The notes beneath the pieces were generated by a model. It was not told where the DNA came from. It did no database searches and saw only the letters and a list, made by a program, of their open reading frames with translations. From Candidatus Bathyarchaeum tardum (GTDB lineage Archaea > Thermoproteota > Bathyarchaeia > Bathyarchaeales > Bathyarchaeaceae), in the NCBI GenBank assembly GCA_024650005.2, contig CP122380.1, positions 960,001-1,024,000 of the forward strand: 64,000 bases of DNA, given 5' to 3'. A program made the position numbers and the translations under genes. Positions 31,339-40,421 of this stretch are shown here, piece by piece (position 1 is the stretch's first letter; the number at the start of each line of letters is the position of its first letter).

Positions 31339-32253
31339 ATGGCTAATCCGCTTATTACACAAATTGCTGGTCTGAACCTTTCTAATCCTACAATGCTTGC
31401 TGCAGGTGTCTTGGGATACACTGGATTATCAATGAAACGTGTAATAGAATCCGGAGCTGGAGCTGTTGTAACTAAATCCATGGGGCTTGAAGCGCGCACC
31501 GGTTATGGCAACCCAACAGTAGTCCAAACTGATTGTGGTTTACTGAACTCGATGGGTTTGCCCAACCCGGGAATCAGACATTTCAAAGAAGAAATACAAG
31601 AACTAAACAAACTAGCTGCACCAACTATCTTTAGCATCTATGCTTTTTCCCCTGAAGACTTTGCAGAAGTAGCCCAAATAGCAGTAGACCTTGGAGCAGC
31701 AGCCGTGGAATTGAATGTTTCTTGTCCTCACGTGAAAAAAGCTGGAGCCCAAGTTGGTTCTGATCCTTCATTGTTGATGGACATAGTTAAACACGTAAAA
31801 AAGCAGGTGAACAAACCTGTTATAGTAAAGCTGACCCCCAACGTCACAGACATTACTGAAATCGCTAAAGCCTCAGAAAAAGCTGGAGCAGATGCAGTAT
31901 GTGCCATTAATACTGTTAAAGCCATGGCGATTGACTCCGAAACCTGCAGGCCAATTCTAGCCAACAAATACGGTGGTTTATCTGGACCTGCAATCAAATC
32001 AATTGGTGTACGATGTGTCTATGACATTTTTGATTCAGTTAAAATTCCAATCATTGGCTGCGGTGGAATCAGCAATTGGCAAGACGCCATCGAATACATG
32101 TTAGCTGGAGCATGTGCAGTTCAAATTGGAACTGCGATTGCGTTTGAAGACATTACCGTATTTAAATCAGTAACCGAAGGCATGACAAAATATCTTGAAG
32201 AAAAAGGCTACAACTCCATAAAAGAGATAGTTGGATTAGCCCACAAATTCTAA
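31339..32253 (+). CDS. pyrD: Dihydroorotate dehydrogenase family 1B catalytic subunit
   Basis: NSMGLPNPG, ELNVSCPH, KLTPN, GGLSG. Confidence 0.95.
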   Translation: MANPLITQIAGLNLSNPTMLAAGVLGYTGLSMKRVIESGAGAVVTKSMGLEARTGYGNPTVVQTDCGLLNSMGLPNPGIRHFKEEIQELNKLAAPTIFSIYAFSPEDFAEVAQIAVDLGAAAVELNVSCPHVKKAGAQVGSDPSLLMDIVKHVKKQVNKPVIVKLTPNVTDITEIAKASEKAGADAVCAINTVKAMAIDSETCRPILANKYGGLSGPAIKSIGVRCVYDIFDSVKIPIIGCGGISNWQDAIEYMLAGACAVQIGTAIAFEDITVFKSVTEGMTKYLEEKGYNSIKEIVGLAHKF

Positions 32254-32360
32254 ATCTGCATTTTTACTGTACTCTTCGATACGTCTTTGTTTTCCGTCAC
32301 ATATTTAATAAACGTAGACACTTAAAAGAACATACTCCTGAACAGGAAGGAAAAACACAA

Positions 32361-33215
32361 TTGCAGTATAATTCCCATAAATGTTCCCATAGTTCGCCTA
32401 TTGAAGCAGCAAATCGTATGAGAACCGTAGAGTTGTTGGAAGTAAAACAGGAGAACTGCTCTGTAAAAACATTGACTTTTGAAGACCCTCTTTGTTCAAA
32501 AGCTGAACCAGGTCAGTTTGTGATGGTTTGGATACCTGGAGTTGATGAAATTCCGATTAGCCTTTCTGGAATAGCTTCTGATGGATTAACTTCAATAACT
32601 GTCAATGCTGTTGGAGATGCCAGCAGTGCCCTTAACCTAAAGAAGAAAGGGGAGATCATTGGAGTACGGGGACCTTTCGGGAATGGTTTTGTTCCTGTAA
32701 AAGGCAATGTTCTTGTTGTTGGGGGTGGAACCGGTTTAGGTCCAATGATGCCTTTAACTGAAAATCTTGTTAGAATATCATCAAAAATAACTGTAATGAG
32801 CGGAGTAAAATGCCAAGATAATCTGCTGTTTTTGGACAGAATTGCTGATCTTCTTTCAAGTGTTGATTCAGAAACTATATGCACCACAGAAGATGGAAGC
32901 TACGGCTTTGAAGGCTTAGTCACCAGCCAAGTGGAAAAAAAATTAGCAGCTGAACATGTTGACATGATTTACACTTGTGGTCCCGAACCAATGATGTATC
33001 GAATTTTTCTTTTAGCCGAACAATACAATGTTCCCGTGCAAGCTAGTTTAGAACGTATAATGCGTTGCGGAATAGGTTTATGCGGAAGCTGTGTAATAGG
33101 GGAACTCAGGGTCTGTAAAGATGGTCCCGTGTTAAATTCTGAACAATTAAGAAGCATAAAAGATGAGTTTGGAAAATTTAGGTTAGATTGGACCGGAAAA
33201 AAAGTCAAACAATAA
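32361..33215 (+). CDS. pyrK: Dihydroorotate dehydrogenase electron transfer subunit
   Basis: PGQFVM, RGPFGNGF, GGGTG, CGPEPM, CGIGLCGSC...C. Confidence 0.93.
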   Translation: MQYNSHKCSHSSPIEAANRMRTVELLEVKQENCSVKTLTFEDPLCSKAEPGQFVMVWIPGVDEIPISLSGIASDGLTSITVNAVGDASSALNLKKKGEIIGVRGPFGNGFVPVKGNVLVVGGGTGLGPMMPLTENLVRISSKITVMSGVKCQDNLLFLDRIADLLSSVDSETICTTEDGSYGFEGLVTSQVEKKLAAEHVDMIYTCGPEPMMYRIFLLAEQYNVPVQASLERIMRCGIGLCGSCVIGELRVCKDGPVLNSEQLRSIKDEFGKFRLDWTGKKVKQ

Positions 33216-33242
33216 TTATTAATTGAAACGCAGGAAAATTGC

Positions 33243-33851
33243 ATGGTTTATCTTAAAAAAGCATATTTTGAAAACTACGTTTTTGATGTTGATGAACACG
33301 TTTACGAGACAGCAGAAGACAGTTTCCTGATTGCTGAAAAAATTGCAGTAAATGAAAACGACACTGTATTAGACATGGGAACCGGATGTGGGATTCTCGC
33401 AATAATTTGTGCAAAACGTGCAAAACACGTGGTTGCAGTTGACATTAACCCTTATGCTATCAAATGTGCCCGCAAGAACGCAAAAGCGTTTGAACTAACA
33501 GAAAAAATGGTTTTTCTCCAAGGAGATTTATTTGGTCCGATCAAAAACAATGAAAAATTCAGTTTGATTCTTTTCAATTCGCCGTATTTGCCCTCTGAAC
33601 CTGGAGAAGAAAACAGTTGGATAGGAAAAGCATGGGCAGGGGGTTCAGACGGGAGAAAAATAATTGATCGATTTATAGCAGATGTTCCCCATTGGTTAAC
33701 TGATCAAGGTCATATATTGCTCGTTCAATCTTCTCTTTCTGACCCTGTACGAACTATTGAAATGTTTACTGAACAAAATTTGCATGCACAGATTATTTCT
33801 CAAGTTAAGTTTCCGTTTGAAAGTATCATTTTGATTGAAGCTAAATTTTGA
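33243..33851 (+). CDS. HemK2/Mtq2-type release factor Gln methyltransferase
   Basis: VYETAEDS, LDMGTGCG, FNSPY (NPPY variant), AWAGG. Confidence 0.88.
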   Translation: MVYLKKAYFENYVFDVDEHVYETAEDSFLIAEKIAVNENDTVLDMGTGCGILAIICAKRAKHVVAVDINPYAIKCARKNAKAFELTEKMVFLQGDLFGPIKNNEKFSLILFNSPYLPSEPGEENSWIGKAWAGGSDGRKIIDRFIADVPHWLTDQGHILLVQSSLSDPVRTIEMFTEQNLHAQIISQVKFPFESIILIEAKF

Positions 33852-33860
33852 TTTCGTGAG

Positions 33861-34049
33861 TTAACTAAATTCGTGGTCGTTGCTGTTAGCTAAAGAGGAA
33901 AGAGCAATTACTCCTGTAAACCAGACAATAAATGTGGAATACCATACTGGAAAAACTGTTTGATAGTTGCATATTATGCTATGATAAATTGACAAAAGAA
34001 ACAGTGATAACCAGCAACCAGCAGTCCAATAAAGTTTCATGTGCTTCAT
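33861..34049 (-). CDS. Possible small membrane protein
   Basis: 62-aa hydrophobic ORF filling an intergenic gap. Confidence 0.4.
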   Translation of the reverse strand: MKHMKLYWTAGCWLSLFLLSIYHSIICNYQTVFPVWYSTFIVWFTGVIALSSLANSNDHEFS

Positions 34050-34244
34050 AACTAACTACATTATCTTGTTTGTGTAAAAGAGTTCAGAAACACAAATATT
34101 GTTCAGAAATACTGATTTGTTCTCAAGGTTTATTTTTGGCAATTTTAATTTAGTTTCCTGAATTGTTTGTTTTTTTTTTGGGTATCTGCAATTTTTTTAA
34201 GACAGAACAAAAATAGGTTTGTCTGTAATGCTTGGGGTTCTAGT

Positions 34245-34493
34245 ATGGTGTATTATGTCTATATTCTTCGTTGCACGGATGGCAGCTACTACACTGGACA
34301 TGCAAAAGATGCAAAAAAACGATTTGAATTGCATAAGAAAGGACGGGGTGCAAGGTACACAAAAATCCATGAACCTGAAGAGCTGGTTTATGTCGAAACT
34401 TGTGAAACTCGTGGTGACGCCATGCGAAGAGAACGAAAAATTAAAAAGTTGTCACATAATGGAAAGAACCAATTGATTGATGCCCCTGAATAA
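34245..34493 (+). CDS. GIY-YIG nuclease (UPF0213/YhbQ type)
   Basis: YVYILRC.DGSYYTG, H..G.GARYT, AMRRE..IK. Confidence 0.9.
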   Translation: MVYYVYILRCTDGSYYTGHAKDAKKRFELHKKGRGARYTKIHEPEELVYVETCETRGDAMRRERKIKKLSHNGKNQLIDAPE

Positions 34494-34673
34494 GATAGAT
34501 GATTGTGAAATTTCTTAGTGATGCTGTTTTTTCAGTTGAATTTTTAAACTGCAACCTGAACAGGTATTATGTTGTGTTGCTGGGTGCTTCTTTTTAATTG
34601 TTGGTATGTTGTTTCATGGTGGGGGATGTGGGAAAACATAAATGCTTGATGTTAACTGAAGGCTAAGATAACC

Positions 34674-35420
34674 ATGGCTTTGTATGTAGTGTATAGAGCT
34701 CCTCTGGAGTCTAAAGCTAGAAGTGCAATTCCTAGGCGATTAAAGGAGCTTGGTTGCCAACAATTGCATAGAGCATTTTGGAAAATTGAAGAAAAGAAAA
34801 TGCATGATGTTTTAAAAGTTCTTGAAAATAATCAGCCAGTGGTTATGAAACGTTTACGGGAAATCAAAAACCCCAAACTTGCAAAAAAGAAAGCGTTCTC
34901 AGGTCTTGGAAGCTTGGTGGTGGTAACTTTTACGCTTCCTAAAGGAGCAAACCGGGAAAAAGTGACTAATTTTCTTCGAAAAGCACCTTGTATTCGTTTG
35001 CGTCGTTCTGTTTACGCTTTTTCTCAGAAACGTTCTTTTTATGAAAAACAAACTAGTCTTGTTGATGCTTTAAAATTTGTTAATTTTATTCGAGATATCG
35101 GGGGAAATGTCAAAATTATTTCCCGGGTTGTAATCTTGAATCCAGTTGCAGTTGAACGCCTTCTAGATGAAACTAAAGATCGAATTGAAACTGGGGTTTT
35201 TAATATTGTTAGTTCTTGCAAAAAATTATACGTTGAAGCTTGCAGGGGAAAAGATTACGAACTGATTCGGGGTGAATTTTCTAGGTTGAAAAGACGGTAT
35301 TTAATCTTAAAGAAGGTTTGTTCTGTTTACACGGTTTGGCTAAAAATTGATTTTACTAAAATTTTAATGCGGGCGTATCATGCACTAAGAAAAGTTAACA
35401 CACGTTTAGAGCAAGCATAA
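34674..35420 (+). CDS. Basic protein with two Cas2/PaaX-like ferredoxin repeats and a ChrB-N-like helical C-terminus
   Basis: Internal repeat 'VVYRAP...R....RRLKELGC.QL.RAFW' / 'VVTFTLP...R.....LRKAPC.RL.RSVY', then 'IRDIGG', then helices. Confidence 0.6.
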   Translation: MALYVVYRAPLESKARSAIPRRLKELGCQQLHRAFWKIEEKKMHDVLKVLENNQPVVMKRLREIKNPKLAKKKAFSGLGSLVVVTFTLPKGANREKVTNFLRKAPCIRLRRSVYAFSQKRSFYEKQTSLVDALKFVNFIRDIGGNVKIISRVVILNPVAVERLLDETKDRIETGVFNIVSSCKKLYVEACRGKDYELIRGEFSRLKRRYLILKKVCSVYTVWLKIDFTKILMRAYHALRKVNTRLEQA

Positions 35421-35543
35421 TTTGATGGTTTAAACTTTTGAAAGCGTTTAAAAGCAATCATTCAATTATATATAGTTGAAATCATAGACGCGTCAGAAAT
35501 TCTGTTTTATAGTTTTTCACGTGATGATTTAGCTAGTGTAAAA

Positions 35544-36074
35544 ATGAGTGCTTCAAAACTTTCAAACAAAATTAGAGTGGTTGCAGATTCAAAAAAACTT
35601 GAGACTTGTTCAGAAAATAAATTAAAGTTTTATACGGATTATGCCTCGGTTGTTTCTGAGACTCTGAAAAAACCTTTGTTCCAAAAATTTTTGCACTGGA
35701 TTATAAAAAAGGAAGAAATAGAAAATAAGGTTGTCAAAGATATTCAGGTCAGGGTTTTTCCTTTTCAAAAAGAAAATGGCAATTCTGTTGCTGGGCGATG
35801 CAATAGCAATGATGGAATTATTCTGATTTTTCCAAAAAAACAGAGTTTTGTGAAAAAGAAAATGGAAAATAATAAAAAACAAAAAGTTCGTTTTTACCTA
35901 AAACATAGGGCAATGGCTGCTTTAATACACGAATTGCTTCATGTAAAATATGCGGGAAATGAAAGCAAAGTACGTCAGCTTACAAAGAAATATTTTCATA
36001 TTTTTGTTCGTCGCCATGTTCCTGATGTTTCAATTATTAATAATGCTGTTCCGACGATGTTTTTGGGTTTATAA
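35544..36074 (+). CDS. Minimal zincin (SprT-like) metalloprotease
   Basis: 'VAGRC...GIILIF' and HELLH motif; Lys-rich. Confidence 0.65.
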   Translation: MSASKLSNKIRVVADSKKLETCSENKLKFYTDYASVVSETLKKPLFQKFLHWIIKKEEIENKVVKDIQVRVFPFQKENGNSVAGRCNSNDGIILIFPKKQSFVKKKMENNKKQKVRFYLKHRAMAALIHELLHVKYAGNESKVRQLTKKYFHIFVRRHVPDVSIINNAVPTMFLGL

Positions 36075-36308
36075 CTTTATTTTTTTCAAAATTAAGGTTA
36101 TCGTGTTTTTTATATGCAAATTCAAAAGTAATTACCTTAATGTTCGTAAAATGAAGTTTTAATCACTGTTTGCTGGTTTTTTTCAGCTGTTTTTGTTTTA
36201 ATGGCGTTAAAAATGGTTTTTTTATTTAAATAAGGTTTTTTATCGTAGTAAATCAAGTTTAAACTAATTCTTGCGGTTATTTTTAATTGCACAACTCTTA
36301 TTTGATTT

Positions 36309-36347
36309 TTGGAGAACGCCTCTGGTAGGCTCCAACTATGGAGGTGA
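36309..36347 (+). promoter_or_regulatory. Leader with alternative hairpins around a Shine-Dalgarno site
   Basis: CTCCAA (36330-36335) can pair with TTGGAG (36309-36314) or with TGGAG (36339-36343), which overlaps the SD GGAGGTGA. Confidence 0.4.
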
Positions 36348-36354
36348 ACTAGAA

Positions 36355-36420
36355 ATGATATTTGAAGAAGATGATTGGGAAGATTGGGAAGAAGATGAAG
36401 AAGAAGAGGAAGACTGGTAA
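36355..36420 (+). CDS. 21-aa hyperacidic Trp-containing micropeptide (not in ORF track)
   Basis: MIFEEDDWEDWEEDEEEEEDW*, with GGAGGTGA 7 nt upstream of the ATG. Confidence 0.6.
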   Translation: MIFEEDDWEDWEEDEEEEEDW

Positions 36421-36716
36421 ACAGATCATATCCTTTGAATATTTGGGCGCAAAAGTGAACGAAATAGCACTAAGCATATAATGCACCCATGAAATCCCAG
36501 AAATATATCGCCTATCAATCCCTAAAAATAGATTTTTTATTATTTTTTATTTTATTAAATACGCCAAAACTAACAATGGCTTATCGGTTTTCTTGTTTGA
36601 TTTAATCAACCAAATTAAAAACTGTTAACTGAAAATTTTGTTTGATTACATCTTTTAAGTTCATAAGAAATATCTTTACTATTATTCTTATTATTGAATG
36701 CAAAGGTGTTTCAGTA

Positions 36717-37277
36717 TTGGACGACTCGGCAGACTCAAGCCCTCGGGATATAATCAAATTTTTGGAGGCATCCGGAACTTTGAAAAGAATTCAAAGAACA
36801 GGATGGGTCGATGTTGGAGTTTTCGACCCTGAATCTGTTGCAGATCACACGTTCAGAACCGCTATTCTTTGTATGTTATATGCTGACATGAACGGCTTGG
36901 ATACCTTAAAACTTTTAAAAATGGTGCTGATTCATGACCTTCCCGAAGCAATAATTGGGGACTTAATGCCTTCACAAAAGACTGCCCGTACAAAACAGGA
37001 CGAAGAAGCTGCAATTCGTAGTATTTTAGATCTGCTGCCCAAAACCCAAAGGGACAATTACTTATCGATTTGGGTTGAATATAAGCAAGGAAAAACCAAA
37101 GAAGCTAAAGCTGTACTGCAACTAGACAAGATTGAGATGGCGCTGCAAGCTAAAGAGTACGAAAAGTTGGGGCATGAAAGCGAATGTTTGGAACGGTTTA
37201 TAACCTCAGCAAAACAATTTTCTGAATGGCCTGACATAAAACGCCTTCTTGCATGTATTTTGGAGGAAAAACAATGA
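36717..37277 (+). CDS. HD-domain hydrolase (YfbR/HDDC2-like 5'-deoxynucleotidase)
   Basis: LKRIQRTGW, ESVADH, IHDLPE, DKIEM. Confidence 0.9.
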   Translation: MDDSADSSPRDIIKFLEASGTLKRIQRTGWVDVGVFDPESVADHTFRTAILCMLYADMNGLDTLKLLKMVLIHDLPEAIIGDLMPSQKTARTKQDEEAAIRSILDLLPKTQRDNYLSIWVEYKQGKTKEAKAVLQLDKIEMALQAKEYEKLGHESECLERFITSAKQFSEWPDIKRLLACILEEKQ

Positions 37278-37531
37278 GCTTTAAAGAAAGATGGACCCAT
37301 GAATTCACAAAAATGTTAACTGCCGATGAAAAAACTGCGTTTAAGCTATGGCTGGAGTTTTCTCAGGGAAAAATTTCTGAATCTGATTTTCAGTCCAGGA
37401 TGGACATCAAGATTATGCCCAAACTAATGGGCAAATTAAGTGCAGCTCGAATGAACGCCTTAGAAGATGAAGTTGAATCCCTAAGAAAACGGGTTGCTAA
37501 CCTTGAAAAGCGTGGCCAAAAAAAGTCTTGA
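37274..37531 (+). CDS. Hypothetical protein with C-terminal coiled coil
   Basis: ATG after GGAGG overlapping the HD stop; heptad repeat LEDEVESLRKRVANLE. Confidence 0.7.
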   Translation: MSFKERWTHEFTKMLTADEKTAFKLWLEFSQGKISESDFQSRMDIKIMPKLMGKLSAARMNALEDEVESLRKRVANLEKRGQKKS

Positions 37532-37552
37532 ATAGGACTGGATCATTTCATT

Positions 37553-38056
37553 TCAGAATCTCAAGGGTTTTTTGTTCCCTTTTTTGGGTGCCTTTTTTTC
37601 TCGCCTTAAAAAGTCCCCGACATCAAGTATGTTTTTTACGGCAACTTTATCCATGTCGATTTCGCCCCGAATGTTAATCATTACCCTGCCAAACCCTAAA
37701 CATTCGTCATGTTCGTTTACAACTAATGTGTATTCGCCATTTTTCAGGTTCCCATCTTTTAGCAGTCCGCGTTTGAATATGTCTCGTCCACAAATGAAAA
37801 GCCATGCTGCTTTCTGGTCTAAGGTTATCTTGTTTGCTTTGGTTTTTGCAATTAATCTTAACAAGGCAAACCCCGGAAAGAAACCGGTTCCTTTCACTGC
37901 TCCTAGGTATTCTCCCGCGTAAAAGAATCCTTTCGGAGATTGCTGTATTAATTTGTTAGAAAGCATGTAGTACCTGTTTGCTTTTCGAACTACTTGTTTG
38001 TCATCAAAGGAGATTGTCACACCAAATTGTGCTACAAATTCATTAATTTCTTTCAC
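37553..38056 (-). CDS. NIP7-like PUA-domain ribosome biogenesis protein
   Basis: 'LFICGRDIF', 'VVNEHDECLGFG', 'DVGDFLRRE'; coupled to the m5C methyltransferase. Confidence 0.8.
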   Translation of the reverse strand: MKEINEFVAQFGVTISFDDKQVVRKANRYYMLSNKLIQQSPKGFFYAGEYLGAVKGTGFFPGFALLRLIAKTKANKITLDQKAAWLFICGRDIFKRGLLKDGNLKNGEYTLVVNEHDECLGFGRVMINIRGEIDMDKVAVKNILDVGDFLRREKKAPKKGNKKPLRF

Positions 38057-38940
38057 TGGTTTTCTTCCCTTTTGAGTTTACATACAAAGAATCCTTGAGT
38101 TTTGTAAGGCCAAATTCGTTTAGCCATTTTTATAGACGGGTCAAGTTTTTTGTCAAAAACTTTTGTTAATCCTTTTTCTCCATAACAATTGATTTTTTCA
38201 ACTTTAAGAGGCAAGTTTTTCAGTGCCCAATCAATGTTGAATTCGTTTTCTTCGGGTTCTAAAGAACATGTTGCATAGACGATTTCTCCACCGATTTTTG
38301 TAACTTTTGTAGCTTCAGTTAAAATCTGTCGCTGCCGACGGGCGTTCCGGTGTACGTCATCGATTGTTCGTTTGTTAAACCAATCCCTGTCTGTTATCGG
38401 ATTGCCTGAACATGGAAGGTCCAAGAGAACGCAATCAAATTCAGTGTTTAAAGTTGAAGCTTTTTTTGCATCCAAATTGTAAACTGCCGTGTTTTTCACT
38501 TGGCTGCGTTCCAGTTGGTTTACTAATGGAAACATTTTTCGTTGTTTTAGTTCAAGAGCTACGATTAAACCTGTGTTATTCATTAAACTGGCTAAATGAA
38601 CTGTTTTTCCTCCTGGGGATGCACATGCATCAAGAACTGTTTTGCCTGTCAGGTCCATGAACAACATGGCTGGAATTTGTGCAGCAGCTTCTTGAATTGA
38701 ATATAACCCCAAAAGATATTCCTCAGTTGCTCCGATAGAAAATTTGCTTTTTTCTATCCAAAAACCGTTTTCAAGAAACGGAATCTTTTCTATGAATATT
38801 CCCCGTGTTTTTAGTCTTGAAGTTACCTTGCTGTTGCTGGCGTTGATGGTGTTAACTCTTATTGCTTTTTTGAGGTTTGGTTTTTTGTATGACCATCCTA
38901 ATTTCTTGTAGCGATTAACGAAAAATGGTTTGCTGGACAT
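38053..38940 (-). CDS. RsmB/NOP2 family RNA m5C methyltransferase
   Basis: IRVNT, QEAA, LDACASPGGKT, DLPCSG, YATCSL.PEENE. Confidence 0.93.
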   Translation of the reverse strand: MSSKPFFVNRYKKLGWSYKKPNLKKAIRVNTINASNSKVTSRLKTRGIFIEKIPFLENGFWIEKSKFSIGATEEYLLGLYSIQEAAAQIPAMLFMDLTGKTVLDACASPGGKTVHLASLMNNTGLIVALELKQRKMFPLVNQLERSQVKNTAVYNLDAKKASTLNTEFDCVLLDLPCSGNPITDRDWFNKRTIDDVHRNARRQRQILTEATKVTKIGGEIVYATCSLEPEENEFNIDWALKNLPLKVEKINCYGEKGLTKVFDKKLDPSIKMAKRIWPYKTQGFFVCKLKREENQ

Positions 38941-39168
38941 TACACTGATATGACCAACTGTGCTAAATAAAACGTTGGCTTGTATAGTTTGATGTTTAGA
39001 TTTAATGTCCTTTTTTTGGAAAAAATCTTTTGTTTTCAAATGTAGTTTTCATGAAATATTTGTTGTTCAGGGGGTTGTATGTGCATGTTTTGTGTTTTGT
39101 TGGGCAAGTTATTTATCTTAATTACGAATAAAGAATTATTAGGCTAGGACAAATTGGAGAATGAAGTT

Positions 39169-39408
39169 ATGCCCATGGCTTATGTTTTAATTACAACTGA
39201 AACTGGCGCTGTTGACAGCGTTTTAGCTTCTTTAAAAAAAATGGAGTCTGTGAAAGAGACCTACATGGTCTATGGTGTTTATGATCTCATAGCCACTGTT
39301 AAAGCAGACACCATGGAGAAATTAAAAGAAATAGTAACCTGGAATTTGCGGAGTTTAGATCAAGTTAGATCTACACTTACTATGATCGCAGTAGAAGATC
39401 AAAGTTAA
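39169..39408 (+). CDS. Stand-alone Lrp/AsnC ligand-binding (RAM) domain
   Basis: AYVLI...VYGVYDLI...V.ST.TMI. Confidence 0.88.
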   Translation: MPMAYVLITTETGAVDSVLASLKKMESVKETYMVYGVYDLIATVKADTMEKLKEIVTWNLRSLDQVRSTLTMIAVEDQS

Positions 39409-39411
39409 TTT

Positions 39412-39657
39412 TTAAGCCCCTTCTAGGGGTTTTCTTTTTATCCCCTTGTTGGTTTTCTTGTTTTGTATTGCAGGCAGTATCGTTTTAGACGTCAAAATTT
39501 CTCCTCCTAACGATATGAATACAGAAGTTAATGGAAAAATTAAATCGACATGTTGTTCTTCAATTATTTTAATTGAGTAGCTAAACATGCTGATTCCAAT
39601 TATTAACAACACGATTCCGAAAATGGTCAACAATTTTAACTGTTTTATTTGATGCAC
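39412..39657 (-). CDS. Small two-TM protein
   Basis: Two hydrophobic segments and a basic tail. Confidence 0.5.
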   Translation of the reverse strand: MHQIKQLKLLTIFGIVLLIIGISMFSYSIKIIEEQHVDLIFPLTSVFISLGGEILTSKTILPAIQNKKTNKGIKRKPLEGA

Positions 39658-39846
39658 GTGGATGTTTTTTCTGGGAGTTTGTTTTTCGTAGGACTTAATA
39701 TATCCGTTATTACATGCGTTGGGTGTTCATACACGTAGAATATCATTAATTATGACTATGTTTTGTGACAAAATTCGACAACCCTTTCATCAAGTGAACA
39801 TTGAAAATCTTATATATGCCCAAAGTGTCCTATGATGTTGAGTAAC

Positions 39847-40155
39847 ATGGCTGATATTTGCCCAACTTGTGGACTACCCTCAGACATTTGTGTCTGTGAA
39901 GAAATTGGAAAAGAACAACAACGAATTCGTGTTCGTTTAGAAACCCGAAAATGGGGAAAAGCGGTAACAATTGTGGACGGCATCAGTGAAAAAGAAGCTG
40001 ATTTAAGTCGTTTAGCACAAAAACTCAAATCGTACTGTGCCTGTGGAGGAACCGCAAAAAATGACGAAATCATTTTACAAGGTGACCACCGCGACAAAGT
40101 CCAAGAGTACCTAATCCGTGAAGGCTACCCCGAATCAAACGTTGAAGTCCAATAA
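39847..40155 (+). CDS. sui1: Translation initiation factor aIF-1 (SUI1)
   Basis: CPTCGLP..CVCE, GKAVT, LKSYCACGGT, LQGDHR. Confidence 0.95.
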   Translation: MADICPTCGLPSDICVCEEIGKEQQRIRVRLETRKWGKAVTIVDGISEKEADLSRLAQKLKSYCACGGTAKNDEIILQGDHRDKVQEYLIREGYPESNVEVQ

Positions 40156-40181
40156 TATACCGTTTAACCGAGAAAACGAAA

Positions 40182-40421
40182 ATGGGTAAACTCGCAAATT
40201 TTCGCGAAACATTAAAGGAACTTAAGCGCACAAACCGGAAAGAAAAAACTATTAAAGTTTGCCCAAAATGTGCCAGCCCAAAAATTTTGCTTAGTAGCAG
40301 TTCGGATATTTATCCTCGGTTGTATGGAATTGCCCCTATGCAGTATTTTTGTTCAAATTGTGGCTACAGGGGAACATTAGTTTTAGAAAAAATTAAAGAA
40401 AAGACTGAAGAAACAGATTAG
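40182..40421 (+). CDS. Small zinc-ribbon protein
   Basis: CPKC...Y.CSNCGYRG. Confidence 0.8.
   Translation: MGKLANFRETLKELKRTNRKEKTIKVCPKCASPKILLSSSSDIYPRLYGIAPMQYFCSNCGYRGTLVLEKIKEKTEETD

Noticed and set aside
34674-35420. CRISPR-Cas locus
   Set aside because: No cas1 or other cas genes and no repeat-spacer array were seen in the window.
36426-36518. 30-aa hydrophobic minus-strand ORF as a type I toxin opposite the acidic peptide
   Set aside because: It has a weak TTG start, no convincing SD spacing and no other support. It cannot be distinguished from chance.
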